Below are positions 31,483-40,800 of a DNA stretch of 64,000 nt, in pieces; within the stretch, counting starts at the first letter, position 1, and every line of letters starts with the position of its first letter. The notes under the pieces were generated by a model. That model was not told where the DNA came from. It saw only the letters and a program-made list of their open reading frames with translations, and searched no databases. The DNA lies in assembly GCA_918797485.1 (NCBI GenBank), contig CAKKNE010000005.1:5146001-5210000 (forward strand), in the 5' to 3' direction. This DNA comes from Pelagomonas calceolata. Lineage: Eukaryota. A program made the translations under genes and the position numbers.

Positions 31483-33240
31483 TTAGAAGCTACACGCGAA
31501 GACGCGCAGCGCGATCGCGTCGTGCTGCGCGTCCATTTGCACCGTCTTCGGCGGTTGCACGTCCGCCTCCAACAGGCCGAGGGCCACCAACCTCTCAATT
31601 TGGGCGTCGTCGACGCACGACGGGTGCAGCAGGAAGTGGTTCTTCGGCGACCCTTGCAAAGCACCAGTTCGGTCCGGGATGGACAGGAAGCCGCCCTTCC
31701 ACTTCTTGCCGGCAAACAAGCCCTCGCCCACGGTCCAGGCGGGCCCGAGGGCCTCGGCCACGGACGTGATGTACTGGGTACCGCAGTGGTCCGAGACCGT
31801 GATGGACACCGCCAGCTCGTCGTTGTTGTTGCGGTTCCACCGCTTCGCTAAGAGCACGGGCAGCTCGACGGTGGCCTCCACAACCCCCGAGCGCAGCCGC
31901 GACACGGGGATCGTCGTCGACGCCCGCGCGTCGATGCCACTCCCACTCGCGACGACGGGCGGCACCTTGTCGTAGCAGGGCGGCAGCCGCGCCTCGTTCA
32001 CGCAAGCCTCGGTGACCTCGAGCATGGTCTTGCACTCCTTGTGGGCGTCGCGCATGGCCTTGACCTTCGGCGAGAGTCGCGCGGCCTTGGACAAGGCCTT
32101 GACCGAGTCGCGCAGGCGCGTCATGACTTCGTCCGGCAACGGGGCGCCCTTTCCGCCGCCGCGACATCTTTTCGCCAGCTCCAAGTTCGCCAAACCTAGC
32201 CGGTACCAGGCCTTATCATAGGTTTCGTCGGCCGCCCGGGCTTCGGTAGCACAAGAGGCCGCGTCCCTCAAAGCGGCGAAGGTCGACGCGCGGTCGAGGC
32301 GCGTCGCGTCCGCGACCGCGGCTCGCGACAATAAAGCTTGGGCGCGGTTCGCTAATAATACAGCGGCGAGGCGGCCCACCGGCGGCGGGGATAATGCGAG
32401 AGCGTCGTCGTAGCATTTGGCGGCTTGCGCGAATTTCTTCGCGGCGAGGTGCTTGTTGCCCTGGTCCTTCAGTTGCGCGGCCTTCGTGTCCGTTTTTTGT
32501 GCATCCGCCGGGTCCACGACCTCGCCACCTCCGACGTCCGCACAGTCGTCCAAGTCGTAGCAGTTCTGGGCGTCGTGCATGAGGGCCTCGACCTTCGACG
32601 CGCGCCGCGCGACGGGCTTTGGGGCGCGCCGGGGAATGTCGAGGGCCACGCCGCCGTCGAGCGGTGGCGGTGGTGGTGCTGCGGCCGGTTTCTTGGGAGG
32701 CGGCGGCGGCGGCTGCCGCGCCAGCGCCGCGGCCTCGGGCACGACGTACAAATCGGCGGACACGTCGGCCGTGATCATCGCCGCGCGCGAGAGCACCGTG
32801 CCATCACCTAAACAGAGCCGGTGCGTCTCCGCGTCTAACTTATGCTGCGGGTGCTTCTTCGAGTAGTTGTCGCAGAAGGCCGCGCAGAGCTTGCGTAGAG
32901 GTGCTTTATCCGTGACCCAGCGCGGCGGGATCGTGAGCTTGAGCGAGTGGTGGCGAGTTGGCTCGTCGCCCTCCCGGTAGTGGAGCGTCGTCTGGATCTT
33001 GTCTCCGCCATTGCTCGTTTGGGGCTCCGAGAGTACCTTGGTGGAGACCCAGCCGCGCGCGCCGGCGCACTCGACCTCGATACGCTCGGCGTCGCCGACC
33101 GTCACGGACTGTCCTACGACCTTGACGGTCGTGCGCGCGGGCAGCTCCTTTAGTTTATCACTCGAGAGCTCCTTGGCTTCTCGCATGAGCGCGCCGTTGC
33201 GCGCTCTTATGTAGCACACGTCGCCTGCCTTGAGACCCAT
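31483..33240 (-). CDS. SH3-like + TPR domain protein
   Basis: SH3b-like start ending RGWVSTKVL; TPRs LKDQGNKHL...ANRAQA...KAWYRLG. Confidence 0.75.
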   Translation of the reverse strand: MGLKAGDVCYIRARNGALMREAKELSSDKLKELPARTTVKVVGQSVTVGDAERIEVECAGARGWVSTKVLSEPQTSNGGDKIQTTLHYREGDEPTRHHSLKLTIPPRWVTDKAPLRKLCAAFCDNYSKKHPQHKLDAETHRLCLGDGTVLSRAAMITADVSADLYVVPEAAALARQPPPPPPKKPAAAPPPPPLDGGVALDIPRRAPKPVARRASKVEALMHDAQNCYDLDDCADVGGGEVVDPADAQKTDTKAAQLKDQGNKHLAAKKFAQAAKCYDDALALSPPPVGRLAAVLLANRAQALLSRAAVADATRLDRASTFAALRDAASCATEARAADETYDKAWYRLGLANLELAKRCRGGGKGAPLPDEVMTRLRDSVKALSKAARLSPKVKAMRDAHKECKTMLEVTEACVNEARLPPCYDKVPPVVASGSGIDARASTTIPVSRLRSGVVEATVELPVLLAKRWNRNNNDELAVSITVSDHCGTQYITSVAEALGPAWTVGEGLFAGKKWKGGFLSIPDRTGALQGSPKNHFLLHPSCVDDAQIERLVALGLLEADVQPPKTVQMDAQHDAIALRVFACSF

Positions 33241-33682
33241 CCCAGTCGCCTGGTGTGCAGCCAGTGGGCAGCTTAACTCCAGTACCGTGCAACGCCGGGC
33301 AGCGACGAATGGTGTCACGGCAAGGAGTGCTGCCGCGCGGCGATGGCGTGCAAGCAAGCCGTGCGTCTCTGTGACGATGCGATGCCGGCTTAAGCTTCGA
33401 TAAAAATCGTCGCGTACTCGCGGGTTTCGCAGCGACCCGTCGCCGCGCTCGGTATCGGCTCCCGAGCCGTGCGATGCGGTCCCAGCACGCCCGGGCACTA
33501 GCATTTGGTTAGTGCGGGGTCAGCCTGTCGCAACGCTGCCAATTTGGGGACCCGCCGCACGCTACGGCAGTCCGCAGCTGTCATACCCACGGCTCGCGCC
33601 GCACGGCTCGCTCCCCAGCCCTCTGAGTGCGGAAGCTGCCCCGGCCTCGTCCGATCCCATTACTGAACTCCTCAGCAGGACC

Positions 33683-34705
33683 ATGGCCCCTGTGGACACG
33701 TTCAACGCCGAGCTCGCTGGTGACGAGAGCGTCCTGAAGAAGGACGTGAAGTCGATGTACAAGCTGGGCCGAAAATTAGGCAAGGGCGCGTACGCGGTGG
33801 TCCATCGAGGCACGTTACTCTCAGACAAGTCGATAACAAGGGCCGTCAAGATTATTGATGAACGGGCATTAGGACACGAAGACATCGAGGCGTTGCATGT
33901 TGAATTACAAACAATGCGGAAAGTCCAGCACCCGAATATCGTGGACCTCTACGAGTGCTTTTTACATGCGGACAAATTTGTCATGGTCCTGGAGCTGTGC
34001 AAGGGCGGGGAGTTGTTCGATAGAGTGGTGGAGAAGGAGCACTATAGTGAAAGGGAAGCGCGGTTCTGCTTCTCGCAGTGCGTCGAAGCCATCGGCCACT
34101 GCCACGAGCACGGCGTCGTGCACAGGGACCTCAAACCAGAAAATTTACTGTATGCGGACGCCGAGGGCACGCCGAACGGCGACGTGATCAAGCTCGCGGA
34201 CTTCGGCCTGGCTTCGCTCATCACGCCGGACCACCTACTCACAACCAGTTGCGGCACGCCCGGCTATGTCGCGCCCGAGATCCTCACGTCCGATTCGACA
34301 CATGGGTACGGCAAGGAGTGCGACCTCTGGTCGCTGGGCGTGATCCTCTACATTTTGTTGGCGGGCTACCCGCCCTTCTACGACGAGGACGGTTCGACCG
34401 CAGCGATCTTCAAGCAGATCAAGGCCGGGGCCTACGAGTTCCAGGCGCCCTACTGGGACCCCGTCAGTCAACAAGCTCGAGCCGTCGTGTCGGGCCTCAT
34501 GACCGTCGACGTGAAGGAGCGCATGACCGCCGAGGGCGTCTTCGCGTCGCCCTGGATTTCTTCAGATGAGCACGCCTCGTCCGTGCACCTGCCGCACTTC
34601 ACGGCGAACCTCAAGAAGTACAACGCGCGGCGCAAGTTCAAGGGGGGCGTCGACGCCGTGATTGCCGAATTGCGGCTTTTGCAGGCCGCGGGCGGCGCGG
34701 AGTAA
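33683..34705 (+). CDS. Ca2+/calmodulin-dependent (CaMK1-like) Ser/Thr kinase
   Basis: Motifs LGKGAYA, AVK, HRDLKPEN, DFG and CGTPGYVAPE; C-terminal YNARRKFKG CaM-binding-like segment. Confidence 0.95.
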   Translation: MAPVDTFNAELAGDESVLKKDVKSMYKLGRKLGKGAYAVVHRGTLLSDKSITRAVKIIDERALGHEDIEALHVELQTMRKVQHPNIVDLYECFLHADKFVMVLELCKGGELFDRVVEKEHYSEREARFCFSQCVEAIGHCHEHGVVHRDLKPENLLYADAEGTPNGDVIKLADFGLASLITPDHLLTTSCGTPGYVAPEILTSDSTHGYGKECDLWSLGVILYILLAGYPPFYDEDGSTAAIFKQIKAGAYEFQAPYWDPVSQQARAVVSGLMTVDVKERMTAEGVFASPWISSDEHASSVHLPHFTANLKKYNARRKFKGGVDAVIAELRLLQAAGGAE

Positions 34706-34802
34706 GATTTTCATCTTACTGGACGTATGCGTTCGTTCTTGTTGAGAATCGCTAGTTCGTTGACAGGTTTTTGCCAGTCACACTTAATTTTAATTTACAC
34801 AA

Positions 34803-36179
34803 CTACCGATTCGCTCGGTCGTACTCCTCCCAGGCAAGGGGCTCGAGCGCAGCGGCTCGTTTTCGCTCCGCGATCGCTCGCGCCACCTCCTGGTCAATCC
34901 CGCCGCGTTCGCGCGAAGAGAGCAATCCTCGCTCGGCGCAGCGCTCCAGGATCGGGTTCGCGTGAGCTAAGCCGACGACCGCGACGACGGACGCCGCGCC
35001 TCCGGGCGCTTCGTCGTCGTCAGAAGCGTCGGTAGCGACTCGCCCGGTGAGAAAACCCGCGTTGGTCGTAGCAAGCCCCTCCGCGCGCACCGCCTCGACG
35101 CCTCGGAGCCACACCGCGACGCGCCGCGCCCCAGAAGGCCGCTTGGACTCCTCGACGCGCTCGATTTTCGCCACGCAAGCCCCGTGCGGATCAACTACAA
35201 CGTCCGCGTCGACGCCGTCGCCGTCGCGCAGGTAGCAGCGGTTCGCCGCGTGGATCGTGGCGAGCGACGCGCCGAGCAGCGAGCCGCCATTCTCACCCGC
35301 GATGTTGTCGAGGAGAGCCAACCAGCGCGGCTCGAACAGGTTCATGCGCCGGCGCTCGCCGACGCTCAACGGCGACCGTAGCGTCAGAAAAGGCCGCTCT
35401 GGTCCTTCACTTGCGAAGAACGGCGCCGCCGCCGAGCGGCACTCGGCCGGATCCGTGCCGAAGCGAAAGCGATGGCGTTCCAACGCCGAGCTCCGGAGGC
35501 GGCTACCGAGATCTAGTGCGCGTAGTGCGTTCTCGGAGAGCACATCGTCACGCGCCACGAGCAACACGTCCGCGACGCGGGCCGAGACTATCGAAGAGGC
35601 GATGGCGACGGCGTCCGCCGCTGCCTCGATGACCGGCGCATCGATGGGGGTGGCTTGCGCCGTGGCCGCGGTCGCCACCGCGCCGACGCTGGCTGCGAAC
35701 AGCAATGGCAGCGCCTTTCGGGGGTCGGACGCCAGCGCTTGCGCGACGTCGATGCGCTCCACACCCACTCCCGTGGCGACGGGTTTCTTCACCAGCAATC
35801 GCCACGCACGTCGCGTCCGCTCGAGGTCGAAGAGCGGCCGCGCCTCGACAACCGCGGGGAGCGGGCGGCAGGCGTCGCCCAGCACCACAGGAGCGTCGAT
35901 GCGTCGGGCCGCGCGGACAGCGGCTGCGAGCTCGCCGCCGTAGGCCTCCTCGGGCTGATTCCAGGCGAATTCAAGTCTTTCGGCATCGAGCTCCACGAGC
36001 ACCGCATCCGGCTTGACCTCGGCGATGAGCGCTTCGACCTCTTCGCGCTGTCGCCTCGAGGGCGTGTGAGCGGTACCGATGACAGTGATTTTTCTATTGC
36101 CCTTGACCACGGTGCCGACGCTGGGTGCCAGGGCAAATGCTGTGGTCAGCAAGCTTGTGGCCAGGGTGAGGCGCACCAT
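34803..36179 (-). CDS. TraB-family protein with inserted LON-N-like segment, likely plastid-targeted
   Basis: TraB motifs IGTAH, PDAVLVELDAER, GGEL..A, VARD and VAVVGLAH; LON-N-like RMNLFEPRW; signal peptide ...TTAF. Confidence 0.75.
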   Translation of the reverse strand: MVRLTLATSLLTTAFALAPSVGTVVKGNRKITVIGTAHTPSRRQREEVEALIAEVKPDAVLVELDAERLEFAWNQPEEAYGGELAAAVRAARRIDAPVVLGDACRPLPAVVEARPLFDLERTRRAWRLLVKKPVATGVGVERIDVAQALASDPRKALPLLFAASVGAVATAATAQATPIDAPVIEAAADAVAIASSIVSARVADVLLVARDDVLSENALRALDLGSRLRSSALERHRFRFGTDPAECRSAAAPFFASEGPERPFLTLRSPLSVGERRRMNLFEPRWLALLDNIAGENGGSLLGASLATIHAANRCYLRDGDGVDADVVVDPHGACVAKIERVEESKRPSGARRVAVWLRGVEAVRAEGLATTNAGFLTGRVATDASDDDEAPGGAASVVAVVGLAHANPILERCAERGLLSSRERGGIDQEVARAIAERKRAAALEPLAWEEYDRANR

Positions 36180-36304
36180 GGCTGCCAGTCGAGGGCAGCA
36201 ATTATTGTGCACACAAGTGGCTCTCTCGGATATACGCGTTTGCTAGCTAAGAGTATTGCTCCACTGCTACGTGTTGCGTTGCCTCAGCCTCGAGCTCGAA
36301 TTAG

Positions 36305-36326
36305 CTAGCGGCATGTAAGACACTTG
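36305..36326 (+). promoter_or_regulatory. CTAG-bounded upstream motif (orientation exception)
   Basis: ctagcggcatgtaagacacttg. Confidence 0.55.
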
Positions 36327-36413
36327 CAAGTAGACCGGGGAGCGGGAGGGGTACGGGGACCCCGCGACGTAACTAGTCTGGGCCTTTAGAATTAAGTGTG
36401 TCACATACAACGC

Positions 36414-37496
36414 TTACTGCCTCCGCAGCACCACGACGCGCGTGTCGCGGACGCGCTCGACGACCTCCGCGACGGGGAACGTCGCCGACAGCGCCTCGAT
36501 CGTAGCATCGAGGCGGTCCCCGGCGCCGCGGTGCGTGTGCGCGAGCCAGATCTCGCGCAGGTCCGGCAGCGCCGCGACGACGCCCGGCAAGCTCGCGGCG
36601 GCCTCCGCCGAGTAGAGGACGTCCGCCGCGACCAACACATTCCAGGACCCGAGCACGTTCCAAGCCGGGACCTCGTCCCGCACGACGTCCCACGCGACGG
36701 CCCGGATCAACTCGCCGGCGCCGTTCCGCTCGATGTTGCGCTCGAGCAGCGCCAGCACGCGGCCCTGGTCCGTCACGTCGCCGCTGAGGCCGCGAGCCGC
36801 GAGCGCCAGACTCGCGGCGCCGACGCCGCTTCCGACCTCGACGAACAAGCCCCCATCATTGATGTCGGGCAGCTTCGTCTCGTCGAGCGTCGCGACGTAC
36901 GACGCCAGGACCAGGCCCGCGTTCCAGAGGTGGCTGCCGCAGGCGTCGCCGAACTCCTCTACAACCTCTAATTGAATATCTCCGAAGCTCAGGTCCCGGA
37001 TCGCCTCGAAGGTCGGCGCGTCGTCGCCGCTGCCCGTGACGACGCGCACCTCGGCCGCGACGCCGAGCACGTCGAGCGGGCCCGCCCGCTTCCCCGCGAC
37101 CCAGGGCTCGGCGACGACGCGGCACCGGTCCGTGAACGCCGCGGCCGGCGCGCTGCAGAGCCACCGCTCCTTCATACGCGTCGTCGTCACGGGGTGCGGC
37201 GCGCCGTCCACGCGGCACCGCACCTCCACGTCGACCGCCGGCACCGTCGTGCCCTGGTCGTCGGTGACGTCGAGCTCCCACTTCACCGGCGTCGCGCGAC
37301 GCATCGAAATGGCGACCGGCGGCGCGCGGCGGAAGCGCACGCGCAACAGGCGCTGGGCGGCATGCGCGTTCGCGTCGAGGCGCATCTGGAGCGCCGCGGC
37401 GCGCGCGTTTGCCGCCGCACCCGACGCCTCGGCGGCGTCGGCTCGCGCGAGGGCTGCCAGCACTCGCGCCTCCAGGTCTTCCTCATAGGCTGCCAT
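36414..37496 (-). CDS. METTL21/Methyltransf_16-type lysine methyltransferase
   Basis: Motifs GSHLWNAGLVLA, VEVGSGVG, TDQ and AADVLY. Confidence 0.88.
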   Translation of the reverse strand: MAAYEEDLEARVLAALARADAAEASGAAANARAAALQMRLDANAHAAQRLLRVRFRRAPPVAISMRRATPVKWELDVTDDQGTTVPAVDVEVRCRVDGAPHPVTTTRMKERWLCSAPAAAFTDRCRVVAEPWVAGKRAGPLDVLGVAAEVRVVTGSGDDAPTFEAIRDLSFGDIQLEVVEEFGDACGSHLWNAGLVLASYVATLDETKLPDINDGGLFVEVGSGVGAASLALAARGLSGDVTDQGRVLALLERNIERNGAGELIRAVAWDVVRDEVPAWNVLGSWNVLVAADVLYSAEAAASLPGVVAALPDLREIWLAHTHRGAGDRLDATIEALSATFPVAEVVERVRDTRVVVLRRQ

Positions 37497-37859
37497 CGGT
37501 AATGTGGTGTTGCGCTGCCCCAGGCAGCAATTTGGAGGTTATCGCGTTTTCCTGCGCACGTCCGCGAGCAATGCTAGTCGTGCGCGAGAGACGTGCACGA
37601 TTTTAGTGGCTTTCGGCCATGCCAGGCCGAGAGCATAAAGCAGATGCATAAAGCTGCCAAAAGACGGGAGTGCCCATGCCTCGCTCGGCAGGTATATACT
37701 TGGAAATGGAGGTATGGCGAGAGAGGCATTGACACGAAGTAATTAGTGTATTGACACTCTAGCTTGCTCGCAGCGCCAAGGTCGATCGCGTCCGGAGAGC
37801 CGGCGAAACGATGGCCATGGCTGCCCCAAGCCGTTGAAATGATGGGCGCACGAGCGCCG

Positions 37860-40800
37860 ATGCGGCTCCTGCTAGTAATAGCCGCGCTCGCGGTCGTGAA
37901 CGGCCAGAGCGCCATGGAGGAGGAGTGCCGCCGGGAGATCACGTCTCCGGTCTTCACGAACGCGACGCTGCGCGACGCCGTCGCGCGGTTCTGGGAGGAC
38001 AAGAGCACGGCGGAATCTATATATGGTCCGATGAAGTGCTGGAATGTTGCCGAGGTCACGGACATGGAGGGCCTCTTCTCCGACGCGGGGTTGGTGGGCG
38101 TCGCGCGCACGTCGCAAGCTGCGTTCAACGAACCTATTGAATTTTGGGTCGTCGACAAGGTGACGAACATGAAGGACATGTTTAAATACTGCACGAACTT
38201 TAGACAACGATTGCAAGCCTGGGACCCGCGCCGCGTCACGAGCATGGAGGGCATGTTCTTCTACGCCTCGGCCTTCAACCAGGATTTGGGCTGGTGCCTG
38301 CATTCAAGTGTCGATATGACCTCGGCGTTCTCGGGCACGATGTGCGAGTCGGCGACGCCGCCCTGCGGCGTCGACACGCAGGGGTCCGGGACTGGGACCG
38401 GGATCTGCCCCTTCCCGACGCCCGTACCGACGCCGGCGCCCTCGATCTCGCCCGTGCCGACGGTGACGCCCGTCCCGTCCGGCGCGCCTTCGCTCATACC
38501 CACGCCGCAGCCCACGGAGTACCCCACTCTCACAAGATGCAAGGTGTGCAGCTCCCAGATTTTTGAGGGCCAATGCGAAGAAGGTACGAAGGAGGCCACG
38601 CCCAAGTGGGACACCTGGGACTGCATGGCGGACGACGTCTGCTGCGCGTCGAACAAAGACGACTGCTGCGAGCCCGTCGTCGATTGGCGCCCCTACGCCG
38701 CCGGCGCGGCCGTCGCCTTCATTTTGATTGCTGGGTATTTCGGGGGCAAGTGCCTCGCGGGCTGCCGCAAGAAGAGCTGGCCCGGGGTCATCACCGCGTT
38801 GAGAAATGAAAAAGGAAGAGTCGTGCCTCATTTAGATCGGAAAGAAAAAAAGCGGTTTTATGATGTCGCATATGATGACGGCGAGACGGAGACCAGGATA
38901 CCTTCGAAGCAAATCCAGCGGCGCCAGGGCCCGCCCGAGACGCGCGCGCCGCTGCTGGTCGGAGAGGAGGTCAAGGTCAAGTCCGAGAAGCGCATGCGCA
39001 AGGAGAAGGCCCTGAAAATTGCGAAGATCAACCGCGAACGGAACGCGAAGCGGTACGCGAAGAAGAGGAAGTCGCTCGACAGAGGGCCCAAGACGCTGGC
39101 GGACCGGCAGCGGGCCGCCCAGGAGCGGGAGGAGGGCAAGGGCTGCTGCGGGAAATTGCTCAAGGCGCTCGGGCTCGGTGGTGCCCCGGCGGAGAAGGCC
39201 GGGCCCGAGTCGCCCTACGCGCGCCGCGAGCGCCTAAGAAGACAGCGAGAAGAGCAGAAGAAGAAGAAGCGCCGGGCGGCACGCAAGATGGCGGCCCAGG
39301 TCGAGAAGGTCGACGAGGAGGAGGTCATCGACTATGCGGGCTTGGCTGTGGAGTTCGAGAAGACGACGATGACCTTGGCCCACTACCTGCCGTGGTACCA
39401 GTTCGACCGGGAGAAGACGGAGGTCGGCTTCCACTGGACGCTGAAGGACAACGGGTTCCGATTCGGGGGCGACGGGAGCATCGCGGCGCACTGGTCGCCC
39501 ATCATCGGTCCCTACGACGGACGAGACCGAAGAGTGGTCAGGTACCACCTGCTACTCATGAAGGAAGCTGGTATCAAAGGTGTGGTCTGTCGGTGGTTCG
39601 GGACGCAAGATAGCTATTACGCGGAACACAATCTGAGAGCTGCGGATGTGCTGCTCGAGGAGTGCTGCAAGGAGGGCATGAAGTTCACGATCTGCTGGGA
39701 CGACCGCGGCGCGTTTGCCGCCAGTGGCCAGAAGACCTGGCGCAGTTCCCTCGATAGCACCGCTTCTGTGATGGAGCAAGAGGCAGCCTTGGTCGACGCA
39801 TTGGCGAAGGATTTCGTGTATTTGCGGGACCATTACTTCGACAAGTCGGCGTATATCAGGCACGGTACGTTCGATGAACCGGTCGTTTGTCTACTGGGCC
39901 CCACAAAAATCACGAAGGCGAGGGTCTGGGACGAGGTCTGCAAAAAGGTCTTCCCGGACCTGGAGAAGCGGCCGAAATTATTAGCGATGCAGGGGTCGGC
40001 GCTGCAGGAGGCGCACGCCGTGGACGTGGGGCTGTACGCGTGGCTACCTAGAAAAATGCAGCCGCAGTGTACCTTAAGAGGTGTGGGGGATTTTGTCGAC
40101 GACTTTTATGAAGATCCGGCGGCGCTGATGGGGAGCGCGTTTCCCTCGTATCGGGACTATTATGCGGAGGGCAACGATGGACCTAGGCGAGGCTTCATCG
40201 GGCCGCACCGCGGGAAGACGTTAGATGCGGGCTTGGATTCAGCGCAGCGGTGGAAGCCGCCCTTCCTGCAGTTGTTGACTTGGAACAACTGGCAGGAGGG
40301 GACGCAGCTCGAACCGAGTCGCGAGGAACGGTTCCTGCGGTTATTGAGGTTGCAGAAGCGATTAGTGGGTAAAAATGACGACGCCGCCGAGGCGGCCTTC
40401 GTCGCGATCCACGCCAAGGCCATGGAGGTCTTCCGGACGGAGCGCGCCGAGATTCCCGAGTTAAGTGATGCGGGCCCGCCCCCCGAAGAGCACATGTTCA
40501 ACTTGAAAGCGGCTTTCCCCGAGGCGGCGATGGAGCGCGACGCCGACCGCCTCGAGAAGGCGAAATTACCGTTTGACAAGCCGCGCGAGAAGGAAAAAGT
40601 GGTCTTCGGGCCGCCCTCCGACTCTTTACTAACAGAGGAGACCGCATCTTCGTCGTGGATGTCCATGTCGTTGGCTGATGGTGAGGACGCGCCGCCGGCC
40701 GAGGGCTTCTTCGCGGACCTCGAGGGCTACTCGGAGCCCGAGTCTGATGAGGAGGAACAAGTGCCGCAGTCGCCCGTGCCGCCGTCGCCCGACGCGCTGT

